The notes beneath the pieces were generated by a model. That model worked only from the letters and a program-made list of their open reading frames with translations. It did no database searches and had not been told where the DNA came from. Shown one piece after another: positions 19,815-28,768 of a DNA stretch of 64,000 nucleotides. The position numbers were made by a program, and so were the translations under genes. Positions within the stretch are counted from its first letter, which is position 1. Each line of letters starts with the position of its first letter. Origin of the DNA: an uncultured Gemmatimonadales bacterium (lineage in GTDB: Bacteria; Gemmatimonadota; Gemmatimonadetes; JACCXV01; JAHWKZ01); assembly GCA_947259315.1 (NCBI GenBank), contig CAMYLR010000011.1, positions 72,177-136,176 on the forward strand, in the 5' to 3' direction.

Positions 19815-20744
19815 ATGCCTACTTCACACGATGTTGAGTCGCTTGTTCCCGCAATACGTCGCGCCTCGCGCGAATTCGTGCGAGAGTTGGACTTGTTGGA
19901 TGTACCACATGATGGGTGCACGATGAGCGATTGCCACGCGTTGATCGAGCTCGGTCGTCACGGCGTGCTCACGGCGGCTCAGCTGGGGCGCCACCTCGGG
20001 CTCGAGAAGTCGACGATAAGCCGCAAACTGACTCGGCTGCAGAAGAAGGGATTCGTTCGATCGCGGCGCGATAGTGGCGATGGCCGATACAAGCGGCTGG
20101 TTCTAGCCCGTCCGGGTCGGGCGGTACTCGATCGGATCGACAAAGCCGCAGACCGGCGGGTCAGCGATGCGTTGTCCCTGTTGACCCCTGGTGAACGTGA
20201 GACGGTGCTCGAGGGCTTTCGGCTGTACGTCGACGCGCTGGCGCGATCGGGTCTTCGCGGCGCTGTGCGAACGCGGCGGATGCGTCGATCGGACAACGCC
20301 GATATCGCGTTTATCGTGCGCACGGTGATGATGGAGTTCGACCTGGCCCGTAAGGGATTCGCGTACTTCGACGCCGAGGTCGACCGCATGTACGAGCACT
20401 TTCAGGGGCGCCGCAGCGCCTACTTCGTAGCGACCGTTGGTGATCAAGTAGTCGGGGGTGCGGGGATCGCGCCGCTCAGGGCGGGACCCGATGACACGTG
20501 TGAGCTCCAGAAGATGTACTTGCTGCCGGCGGCTCGCGGCCGCGGACTGGGCAAGCAGCTGCTCGAGCGGTGCCTCAAGGCAGCGCGCGTGGCCGGTTTT
20601 CGGCAGTGTTACCTGGAGACGATGCCTCAGTTGACGACTGCGCGCGCGCTATACGAACGCGCCGGCTTCAGTGCGATCTCCGAGCGGCTGGGAGATACCG
20701 GCCACCCCAACTGTCAGAATCACTACGTCATGTCACTCGAGTAG
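19815..20744 (+). CDS. MarR-family HTH fused to GNAT acetyltransferase
   Basis: CHALIEL...LEKSTISR...DGRYK wHTH; ELQKMYLLPAARGRGLG acetyl-CoA motif; GGAGG RBS. Confidence 0.9.
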   Translation: MPTSHDVESLVPAIRRASREFVRELDLLDVPHDGCTMSDCHALIELGRHGVLTAAQLGRHLGLEKSTISRKLTRLQKKGFVRSRRDSGDGRYKRLVLARPGRAVLDRIDKAADRRVSDALSLLTPGERETVLEGFRLYVDALARSGLRGAVRTRRMRRSDNADIAFIVRTVMMEFDLARKGFAYFDAEVDRMYEHFQGRRSAYFVATVGDQVVGGAGIAPLRAGPDDTCELQKMYLLPAARGRGLGKQLLERCLKAARVAGFRQCYLETMPQLTTARALYERAGFSAISERLGDTGHPNCQNHYVMSLE

Positions 20745-20760
20745 AGCTCCCTCGCAACAC

Positions 20761-21570
20761 CTACTCAGCGACATTGGGCTCGATCGATGACACCGCCATT
20801 TCGATCTTGAACTTCCCGGAACCCGCCATCTCCCGGAGGTTCTTTAGTTGGTCGCCCATTACTCGCTCAACCATCTCCCGCTCTTGGTCAGACATGTCCT
20901 CGAGGCTTTTCTCTAGTTCTGCGAGCGATTCCTGGGCTTCCGCCATGTCGACCTCGGATGCACCGCCGGGTCCCATAATGCCATCCGCCTCGATCAGGAT
21001 GCGGAACGGGTGGTACATCCCGTTGACCTGCCGGTAATCGGTCATGAGAGCCTCGACGGACATGGGTCGAGTTGAGTCCTCAACCACCATGTTGCCTTTC
21101 ATTCGCATACGGCGCGGAAGAGAGCTCTCGGTATCGAGCGCGATCGACATCCAGGTCGGCTGGAACTCACCGTCCGACTGCATTCCGGGTCCCAGTTCGA
21201 GGCCTTCGAAGTTATCGATCGAAACGACATGGCAGGTGCGACCGTCGACTTCCTCGGTCCCGTCGTATTTCGCCCGATCGGCGATTTTGCGGAACCAGTT
21301 TTGGGGGCTTTCCCACTTTGAACTCATGGATTCGTTGACTTGCGCGGGAACGAATACTGGATGCCCGTCAACGATCTCCTTCTTCATGAGCGTCGTGCTC
21401 TCGAAGCCCATCGTCTTGGCCGTCATCCGGTAGTTGTCGGTGTTCTTGGCGCCATCTTCGTATACCTGCAGAGCTTGCTGGATGATTTGCGCGGCGTCCT
21501 GGGCTGGCGCGATGGTGGCGGTGACCATGACCGCCATGCAGACAGCAGCGAAAACATGGATGAAACGCAT
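20761..21570 (-). CDS. Secreted hypothetical protein (LolA/lipoprotein-sorting-like fold suspected)
   Basis: AGGAGAG RBS, signal peptide, YDGTEEVDGRTCHVV and DYRQVNGMYHPF beta motifs. Confidence 0.7.
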   Translation of the reverse strand: MRFIHVFAAVCMAVMVTATIAPAQDAAQIIQQALQVYEDGAKNTDNYRMTAKTMGFESTTLMKKEIVDGHPVFVPAQVNESMSSKWESPQNWFRKIADRAKYDGTEEVDGRTCHVVSIDNFEGLELGPGMQSDGEFQPTWMSIALDTESSLPRRMRMKGNMVVEDSTRPMSVEALMTDYRQVNGMYHPFRILIEADGIMGPGGASEVDMAEAQESLAELEKSLEDMSDQEREMVERVMGDQLKNLREMAGSGKFKIEMAVSSIEPNVAE

Positions 21571-21714
21571 CGTCTCTCCTCGTGAAGTCCTTGGATTGCC
21601 CCAAAACCGGTCGGGTTCCGTGACCCGGGGCGCAGAGTTAACGTGACAGCGGTTGCCGCGGCAAGTGTGCGTATATTCCGCGTCGATCTGATGTGATACC
21701 CAAGACAGGAGGCG

Positions 21715-22683
21715 TTGTTGCGTTATCGGCGACTGGGTGATGCCGGGGTCAAAGTCTCGGCGATCAGCCTCGGATCGTGGCTCACCTACGGCGGTCGGGT
21801 CGAGGAACAGACCGCCCACTCGTGCATCGCGCGGGCCTACGATTTGGGGGTCAATTTCTTTGACACTGCGAACGTCTACGCGCACGGGGCCGCCGAGCAG
21901 GTGATGGGCCAAGCGCTGGCGGAGTATCCGCGCGACAGCTACGTGTTGGCCACAAAGGTGTACTTCCAGATGGGGGATGGTCCCAACGACCGCGGTCTGT
22001 CCCGCAAGCACGTATTCGAACAGTGCCACCATTCGCTGCGGCGCTTGGGTGTCGACTATATCGATCTGTACCAGTGCCATCGGTACGACGACGAGACGCC
22101 GCTCGAGGAAACGTGTGAGATCATGAACGATCTCATCCGGCAGGGGAAGATCTTGTACTGGGGCGTGTCCGAGTGGTCGGCCGGGCAGATCGAGGCCGCG
22201 TTCGAGGTGTGTCGAACCCTTGGATGGACTCCGCCTAGGAGCAATCAGCCGGAGTACAACGCGCTCCAGCGATCGATCGAAGCGGCCGTCTTGCCGGTTT
22301 CCGAGGAGCTCGGGATCGGAAACGTCGTCTGGTCACCGATCGCCCAAGGGGTCCTGACCGGTAAGTACGTGTCCGTGGATGAGCTGCCTTCTGGCAGCCG
22401 GGCCACCGGGGAGGCGGCGGGGTTCATGGGTCGCTACATGAACCAGGATGTGCTCGACGCCGTGCAGGCACTCAGGCCCGTGGCCGAGCGGTCGGGGTGC
22501 TCGCTGACCCAGCTCGCGCTCGCCTGGTGCCTGAGACAACCGAGGGTGTCGAGCGTGATCGTCGGCGCGACCCGAGTTGAGCACGTCGATGAGAACGTCG
22601 CCGCTGCAGATATCGATCTCGACCCGACCGCGATCGCCGAAGTGGATCAGCTGATCGGGGCGACCGCGGTGCCGAGCGTATGA
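21715..22683 (+). CDS. Aldo/keto reductase (Kv-beta-like)
   Basis: SLGSWLT, FFDTANVY, LATKVYF, GLSRKHV, YIDLYQCHR, WSPIAQGVLTGKY. Confidence 0.93.
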   Translation: MLRYRRLGDAGVKVSAISLGSWLTYGGRVEEQTAHSCIARAYDLGVNFFDTANVYAHGAAEQVMGQALAEYPRDSYVLATKVYFQMGDGPNDRGLSRKHVFEQCHHSLRRLGVDYIDLYQCHRYDDETPLEETCEIMNDLIRQGKILYWGVSEWSAGQIEAAFEVCRTLGWTPPRSNQPEYNALQRSIEAAVLPVSEELGIGNVVWSPIAQGVLTGKYVSVDELPSGSRATGEAAGFMGRYMNQDVLDAVQALRPVAERSGCSLTQLALAWCLRQPRVSSVIVGATRVEHVDENVAAADIDLDPTAIAEVDQLIGATAVPSV

Positions 22684-23984
22684 GACATCGGAAGCTGTCA
22701 ATAGCGGTCGCGGCGGTGACCTTCGTCGCGACACTTGCTGGGACGGTCAAGGCTCAGGAGCTCTCGCCGGTCGAGCAGGAGATCGCTGCCCATGTCGAGG
22801 GTCATGCAGCCCAAGCCGAGGCGCTTCTCGAGCAGATCGTCAACATGAACAGCGGAACGATGAACCACGATGGCATCCGAGCCGTGGGTTCCATCGTTCA
22901 ACAGCGGTTCGAAGGGCTGGGGTTCGCGACCCGCTGGATCGATATGCCGGATAGCGTAAATCGCGCCGGGCACTTATTCGCGGAGCGAATCGGTACACGC
23001 GGGCGTCGCGTGTTGCTGATCGGACATCTCGATACGGTGTTCGAACCGGGCGATCCGTTCCAGGAGCTGTCTCGCGAAGAGTCCACCGCGAGCGGACCCG
23101 GGGTGGTCGACATGAAGGGTGGGGTCGTGGCCATGGTTTACGCCCTCGCAGCGCTGGAGGCGGCGGGTGCGCTGGATGGGGCGACGATCCGTGTCGCGTT
23201 GATTGGCGATGAGGAGTTTGCCGGGCTGCCGCTGGAGCTGAGTCGCGGGGACCTGGTGGCGGCTGCTCAGGAGAGCGACGTGGCGCTCGGCTTCGAGGGC
23301 GGCGAGACCGGACGAGCGGTGGTCGCGCGCCGCGGATCGAGTGCCTGGACGCTCGAGGTCAGCGGTCAGCAGGGTCACTCGTCGCTGATCTTCGGCGAGC
23401 GATTCGGCAGCGGCGCGATCTTTGAGGCCGCGCGGATCCTGCATCGTTTTCACGACGAGGTTCGCGGACCCGAGTACCTGACGTTCAACCCCGGGATCAT
23501 CCTCGGGGGCACTGACGTCAGCTATAACGCGACCGACAATCGCGGAACGAGCTTTGGCAAGACCAACGTCATCGCCCAGCGCGTGGTTGTCGATGGCGGC
23601 CTGAGGTTCATCTCTGAAGAGCAGAAAGAAGCCGCTCGCGAGCAGATGCGCGCCATCGTGGCCGATCACCTGCCGGGCACCTCGGCCGAGGTGTTTTTCA
23701 AGGACAAGTATCCCGCGATGCCCCCAACGGAAGGCAATCAGGCGTTGCTGGCGCTGCTCGATCAAGTCAGCCGTGAGCTAGGACAGGGGCCGGTCGAAGC
23801 GTTCGATCCCGCCGAACGCGGCGCCGCCGACATCTCCTTCGTCGCTCCGTACGTCGACGGCCTGGACGGCCTGGGCCCATTCGGTTCAGGCGCCCACACG
23901 CCGGACGAGCAGCTCGATCTGGTGTCGCTCCCGGCGGTTACCAAGCGGGCGGCGCTCATGATCTATCGCTTGACACAAGAGTAG
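22680..23984 (+). CDS. Secreted M20 metallopeptidase (carboxypeptidase G2-like)
   Basis: LIGHLDTVF, GPGVVDMKGG, GDEE, GAADIS, GAHTPDE; signal peptide. Confidence 0.9.
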   Translation: MRHRKLSIAVAAVTFVATLAGTVKAQELSPVEQEIAAHVEGHAAQAEALLEQIVNMNSGTMNHDGIRAVGSIVQQRFEGLGFATRWIDMPDSVNRAGHLFAERIGTRGRRVLLIGHLDTVFEPGDPFQELSREESTASGPGVVDMKGGVVAMVYALAALEAAGALDGATIRVALIGDEEFAGLPLELSRGDLVAAAQESDVALGFEGGETGRAVVARRGSSAWTLEVSGQQGHSSLIFGERFGSGAIFEAARILHRFHDEVRGPEYLTFNPGIILGGTDVSYNATDNRGTSFGKTNVIAQRVVVDGGLRFISEEQKEAAREQMRAIVADHLPGTSAEVFFKDKYPAMPPTEGNQALLALLDQVSRELGQGPVEAFDPAERGAADISFVAPYVDGLDGLGPFGSGAHTPDEQLDLVSLPAVTKRAALMIYRLTQE

Positions 23985-23994
23985 GGGGCCGACG

Positions 23995-24665
23995 ATGAAG
24001 TGCAGTCGGGTCGCGATTAGCACGATGGTGCTGCTTCTGCTGGGCTTCGGATTGGGACGCGCACAGGGGCCGACGGGAGCCCCGATCGATCTGTCGTACC
24101 CGTTCAATGAGGAGACCGTGTACTGGCCCACCGCGTCGCCGTTTGAGCTGACCGTCGAGGCGGCGGGTCAGACAGAAGCGGGCTATTGGTACGCCGCTAA
24201 CTCTTTTCGCGCCGCTGAGCACGGTGGGACCCACCTCGATGCACCGATCCATTTCGCCGAAGGCAAGCGTACCGCGGCCGAGATCCCGCTCGACGACCTG
24301 ATGGGGCCTGGGGGAGCCGTTGGCCCGATCGATCGAGCTACTTGGGCACAGCGGAGCTCGGTCCAAGTGCGGTGGCTGATCTCCACTTTCCAGGCTTGGG
24401 TCCCGATGCGGCCACATGGTTGGTCGAAGAGCGTCGGGTGCGGGCGGTAGGGATCGATACCGCCTCGATCGACCGCGGCCAGTCGACCGAGTTCCACGCG
24501 CATCGAGTGTTGGCCGAAGCCAATGTCCCGATCTTCGAGAACGTGGCCAACCTCGACCAACTGCCACCGACCGGAGCGTGGGTTGTGGCGTTGCCAATGC
24601 AGATCGAGCGCGGCACCGGCGGTCCCCTGCGCGCCGTGGCGTTCGTACCCGACTCGGGACAGTGA
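23995..24665 (+). pseudogene. Secreted cyclase-family (kynurenine formamidase-like) protein, frameshifted by an internal deletion near 24310
   Basis: EHGGTHLDAPIHF in the first frame; WGSRWPD...LHFPG...VGIDTASID...FENVANL in the second. The usual intervening segment is absent. Confidence 0.8.
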
Positions 24666-24666
24666 T

Positions 24667-24915
24667 GTGAGCGATACAATCGAGCGAACGGTGGGCGGCG
24701 TGACGGTACGCATCGATCGCCTCTTGTGCGTCGGTTTTGGTGACTGCATCGACGAAGCACCGCACGCGTTTGCGTTGGACGATGAGGGGATCGCGGAGTT
24801 TGGCGAGGCAGTCAACGGCGTCGACCGGGGGCAACTTATCCGCGCCTGCGAAGCGTGTCCGGTCGATGCCCTGTCGGTGCACGACGCCGACGGCAACCCG
24901 CTGGCGGCAGAGTGA
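24667..24915 (+). CDS. Single-cluster ferredoxin (likely 3Fe-4S type)
   Basis: CVGFGDC...ACEACPVDAL; GTG start 24667. Confidence 0.85.
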   Translation: MSDTIERTVGGVTVRIDRLLCVGFGDCIDEAPHAFALDDEGIAEFGEAVNGVDRGQLIRACEACPVDALSVHDADGNPLAAE

Positions 24916-25817
24916 CCGAGCGGACGCGCAAGGTACGGACGTACCACGAGGTAGCTGATCCGGACTCCGAGGATATCGTCGGCCAAATCGAGGCTCAGCG
25001 CTCGAAGTTGGTTGGCCGTTTGGCGGACATCGATCGATTGGTGGTCGTGGCCAGCGGCAAGGGCGGGGTGGGAAAGAGCGCGATAACCGCCAATCTTGCG
25101 GCGTTGATAGCCGAACGCGGGCGTCGCGTCGGCGCCATCGATGGGGATCTGCACGGCCCGTCGTTGGCTGCCATGCTCGGTGCCGAGCGTACACCGTTGG
25201 TCGTCTCCGAGCACGGAGTCGAGCCAGCCGTCGGTGCGGCCGGCGTCAAGCTGATGTCGATGGACCTCGTGCTGTCGGATGGTGCGCCGCTCGAGTGGCG
25301 TCAACCCGAGGTGGCTGGATTTGTGTACCAGAGCACCCTCGACACCGGTGCGGTGCGGGAACTGCTGGCCGACGTCGTGTGGGGTGAGCTCGATTTTCTG
25401 TTGATCGATGCACCGCCGGGTACCGACAAACTGGCGCGTTTGCTGGAGCTATTACCGGTGATCGACACACTATTGTTGGTCACGACGCCATCCGAGGCGG
25501 CTCGCCGAGCGGTGGGGCGCACTGTTCGACAAGCGCACGGGACGGGGATTTCGACGATCGGGCTGGTGGCTAACATGACCGCTCACGAGTGCCCCGACTG
25601 CGGTCGGTCGGAACCGATGTTCGAGGCCGACGGCGCCGCCCGGCTGGCGACCGAAACGGGACTCGAGCTGTGGGCCGAGGTGCCGTTCGAGCCCCGCTTC
25701 GCGGTGGCTACCGACGCCGGGCGGCCGCTCGTCCTCGAAGCGCCTGAGTCGCCAGCCGCACGCGAGCTCGGTCGCCTCGCGACCAAGCTCGCGAACGCAA
25801 CGAGCGACACCGCATGA
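24912..25817 (+). CDS. mrp: Mrp/NBP35/ApbC Fe-S cluster carrier ATPase
   Basis: SGKGGVGKS deviant Walker A, DGDLHGPS, WGELDFLLIDAPPGT, NM...CPDC. Confidence 0.88.
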   Translation: MTERTRKVRTYHEVADPDSEDIVGQIEAQRSKLVGRLADIDRLVVVASGKGGVGKSAITANLAALIAERGRRVGAIDGDLHGPSLAAMLGAERTPLVVSEHGVEPAVGAAGVKLMSMDLVLSDGAPLEWRQPEVAGFVYQSTLDTGAVRELLADVVWGELDFLLIDAPPGTDKLARLLELLPVIDTLLLVTTPSEAARRAVGRTVRQAHGTGISTIGLVANMTAHECPDCGRSEPMFEADGAARLATETGLELWAEVPFEPRFAVATDAGRPLVLEAPESPAARELGRLATKLANATSDTA

Positions 25818-26254
25818 AGTTCCTGTGTATCGACTGCGATGAGGTAATGACGTTCGCCGAACGCGAGCTACCCGGCGACGGCACGTTGGCGGCGGTGTTC
25901 GAGTGTCCTGATTGTGGGCGCGAGATGGCGATGCTCACGAACCCGATGGAGACCAAGCTGGTGAGCGGGCTCGGGATCCAGGTCGGAGGCCGCACCGTCC
26001 CCGATCAGCCGCTGGAGCTGGTGCGATCATCGGTGACCACCGGCGACGAGCAAGCGTTCGCCGATTTGCCATTAACGGCCGGAACGGTGCGCTGGAGTGA
26101 AGCCGCTGCTGAGCGACTCCAAGGCGTCCCGGGATTCGTGCGCGGCATGGTGAAGAAGATCTACGGCGAGTACGCCGTCGAACGGGGGATCGAGGAGATC
26201 ACTCCCGAGATCATGGACCGCGCCCGGCAAGATCTCGGGCTCGAGGGGATGTAG
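25814..26254 (+). CDS. Zn-ribbon/rubredoxin-like + C-terminal PCP_red-like (BchB C-terminal) domain protein
   Basis: CIDC...CPDC; WSEAAAERLQGVPGFVRGMVKK...EEITPEIMDRAR. Confidence 0.8.
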   Translation: MKFLCIDCDEVMTFAERELPGDGTLAAVFECPDCGREMAMLTNPMETKLVSGLGIQVGGRTVPDQPLELVRSSVTTGDEQAFADLPLTAGTVRWSEAAAERLQGVPGFVRGMVKKIYGEYAVERGIEEITPEIMDRARQDLGLEGM

Positions 26255-26256
26255 CG

Positions 26257-26643
26257 ATGCTGCGGCGGGCCGAGCACGAGCCACACCGGGCTCACAAGTT
26301 CCGTCAGGCGGCGATCGCCTACCTCCACTACGCGGTGCTCTACGAGCTCGGTGTTTACGCGCTCTACGAGCAGGAGATGTTTCCCGCCAGCCGCGGCTCG
26401 CCGACGGTGTGGCTGGTTTTTGGCGTGGTCATCACCGGTCTCGTCGTATGGGGTCTGTGGTGGTGGCAGAACCGGTGGTTCGCGCGCGTCGTGTGGGTGG
26501 TGATGTCGTTGCGGCTCCCGGCGCTCATGGCGGGCGCCTTTTTGGGGACCGCGACCACCGTTGCTCCGGGTTTCTACCTCGCCGGCGGTATCGTCGTAAT
26601 CGCTGCGATGTGGATGATCGCTCGGGCAGCCTGGGACGTGTGA
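26257..26643 (+). CDS. Small four-TM hypothetical membrane protein
   Basis: Hydrophobic segments; starts 2 nt after the upstream stop. Confidence 0.7.
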   Translation: MLRRAEHEPHRAHKFRQAAIAYLHYAVLYELGVYALYEQEMFPASRGSPTVWLVFGVVITGLVVWGLWWWQNRWFARVVWVVMSLRLPALMAGAFLGTATTVAPGFYLAGGIVVIAAMWMIARAAWDV

Positions 26644-26658
26644 GCCCGGGCCGCCGGA

Positions 26659-26687
26659 TTGACACTACCCCCAGCCGTCAGTATATA
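26659..26687 (+). promoter_or_regulatory. Possible sigma70 promoter for the USP-rSAM-CydA-like operon
   Basis: TTGACA 26659-26664, 17 bp spacer, imperfect -10 TATATA. Confidence 0.4.
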
Positions 26688-26740
26688 AGGCGCCAACATC
26701 GCCGAAGGGTTTACGCCCCGCCGCTCTAGTCCCGGACGGC

Positions 26741-28768
26741 ATGTACCACGAGATACTGGTTCCAGTAGACAATTCAGAGCACTCTGATTGGGCGGTCGAT
26801 CGTGCCATCGAGATCACCGGTCAATCCGGCGGCCGGATCACCGGTAACCACGTCTACGCCGCTCGCCTTCACGATGTTCGCTTCCGACAGCTCGAGACGG
26901 GACTTCCGGCTCAATTCCAGACACCCGAAGAGATCAAGCGACAGCGCAAGGTTCACGACAAGCTGATCGAGAAGGGCCTGCAGCTGATCAGCGATAGCTT
27001 TCTCGATCAGGTCGAGAAGCGGTGCCACGAGGCGGGCGTCGACCTCACGCGGCAGCTGCTCGAGGGGATCCACTACGAGGAGCTGATCCGCGAGGCCAAT
27101 CAAGGGGTGGGACGTCTGCCTTCGCTTATCGGGTTCGACCCCAACATCGCCGACAAGTACGACGGCGGTGACGCCGTTCGTTCCGACGTGCGCCTGGGCG
27201 CCGACGGTCGGATCGAGGCCGAGGAGGAGTCACTCGAGGAGAAGCTTGCGGGCACCTCGGAGCGGGCCTACGACCTGGTGGCGATCGGCGCCCACGGGCT
27301 CGGCCGGCAGCAGTTCAGCCAGCTCGGTGGGGTCGTCGCACGGGCGATCCGCGGCATAGAAAAGGACATCCTGATCGTCCGTGACGAGCGACCGATTCGC
27401 GACGGCAAGTACATGGTGTGCGTCGACGGCTCAGCCTACAGCTACAAGGCGATGCGTCACGCGCTCGAGCTGGCACAGATGTTCGGCGGCAAGTTGTTCG
27501 TTTGCAGCGCGTTCGACGTTGAGTACCACCACGTCGTCTTCCACAACATCAAGGATGTCTTGTCCGTACAGGCATCGAAGGTGTTCAAGTTCGAGGAGCA
27601 GGAAGAGCTCCACAACAACATCATCGACAAGGGGTTGCTCAAGCTCTGCCAAGCGAACATCAAGCGCGCCCAGGTCATGGCCGAGGAGTACCCGGACGTA
27701 GAGGTCGAAACCCAGATCCTGATCGGCAAGCCATTCCAGGTCGTGCTTCAGTGGGCCGAAGAGATCGAGCCGTCGCTGTTGATCTTCGCCCGCCACGGCA
27801 GCCATCGGATCGAGGGCACCGAATTGGGTTCGCAGGCCGAGAACTTGGCCCGCCTGGCACCTACCAACGTGCTGCTGATCGGCACCACCGAAGTTCATCC
27901 GGAAGAGATTCCGTGGATCGAAGAAGATGGGGAAACCGGTCTCGAATGGGCTCCCGAAGCGGAAGTCCGGATCCTTCGGGTACCGCCGTTCGCGCTCGGC
28001 ATCGCCCGCAAGGCGGTCGAGGAGTACGTGATCGAACGGTACGCTTCCAACGGCAACGGCTCGGGCGCGTTGCCGATAGTGACCAACGCGCGGCTCGATG
28101 AAGCGATCCAGAAACTGCTTCCCACGCACATGCAGCTCATCATGGGGATCGGCACCGCCGAAGAGCTGGCGCTAGCCGAGGTCAAGGCGGAAGAAGCGAT
28201 GAAGCGCACGGTGGTGGAAGGGCACGACGACGTTCCCGTGCCCGAGACGCGGATCGTGGAGGCCAAGTGCCCCTACACCGGCCACGTCGAACAACGACCG
28301 TGGACAGCTAGCGATCCGGTCGTTTGGACGCACGAGGCGCGGCAACGTCTCGAGCTCGTTCCGCTCATCGCGCGCCCATTGGCCCGCAACACCGTTGAGC
28401 GCTTTGCCCGCGATCACGGATGGTGGCGCATCACGACGCCGGTCATGGACGAGAACAAGCAGGCGATGATCGAGGCCGACGAGTTCGATCTCGATACGAT
28501 GCTCGTCATGTTCAAGGAGCTGCAGACGAAACAGATCAAAGCCGCGGCCGAAGGAGTCGACGGACTGACACCTGAGATGCGCAAGTTCATCGACGAGGCT
28601 AAGGAGGCCGGGGTCACGCGCTGTCCGATACGGGATATCGAGGCCGCTGCGGACAAGTGCCCGGTGGACTTCAAGACCGCTACCCCGGCCGAGGCCAAAG
28701 CGGCGATCGAGGCGGTCATGAAGGAGCAGAAGAGCGACGCCAACGGTGACGACCGGGACGAAGCTTGA
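26741..28768 (+). CDS. Tandem universal stress protein domains + two PCP_red-like domains + Cys-Pro motifs
   Basis: ILVPVDNS...GAHGLG and VCVDGS...ARHGSH USP motifs; WAPEAEVRILRVPPF and WTHEARQRLELVPLIAR; KCPY, RCPI, KCPV. Confidence 0.85.
   Translation: MYHEILVPVDNSEHSDWAVDRAIEITGQSGGRITGNHVYAARLHDVRFRQLETGLPAQFQTPEEIKRQRKVHDKLIEKGLQLISDSFLDQVEKRCHEAGVDLTRQLLEGIHYEELIREANQGVGRLPSLIGFDPNIADKYDGGDAVRSDVRLGADGRIEAEEESLEEKLAGTSERAYDLVAIGAHGLGRQQFSQLGGVVARAIRGIEKDILIVRDERPIRDGKYMVCVDGSAYSYKAMRHALELAQMFGGKLFVCSAFDVEYHHVVFHNIKDVLSVQASKVFKFEEQEELHNNIIDKGLLKLCQANIKRAQVMAEEYPDVEVETQILIGKPFQVVLQWAEEIEPSLLIFARHGSHRIEGTELGSQAENLARLAPTNVLLIGTTEVHPEEIPWIEEDGETGLEWAPEAEVRILRVPPFALGIARKAVEEYVIERYASNGNGSGALPIVTNARLDEAIQKLLPTHMQLIMGIGTAEELALAEVKAEEAMKRTVVEGHDDVPVPETRIVEAKCPYTGHVEQRPWTASDPVVWTHEARQRLELVPLIARPLARNTVERFARDHGWWRITTPVMDENKQAMIEADEFDLDTMLVMFKELQTKQIKAAAEGVDGLTPEMRKFIDEAKEAGVTRCPIRDIEAAADKCPVDFKTATPAEAKAAIEAVMKEQKSDANGDDRDEA

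Noticed and set aside
21571..22080. N-terminal extensions in the ORF track (20761-22080, 39733-40602, 41238-43427, 29930, 46119 and others)
   Set aside because: They overlap neighbouring genes or the tRNA; downstream starts with an RBS or stop-start coupling fit better
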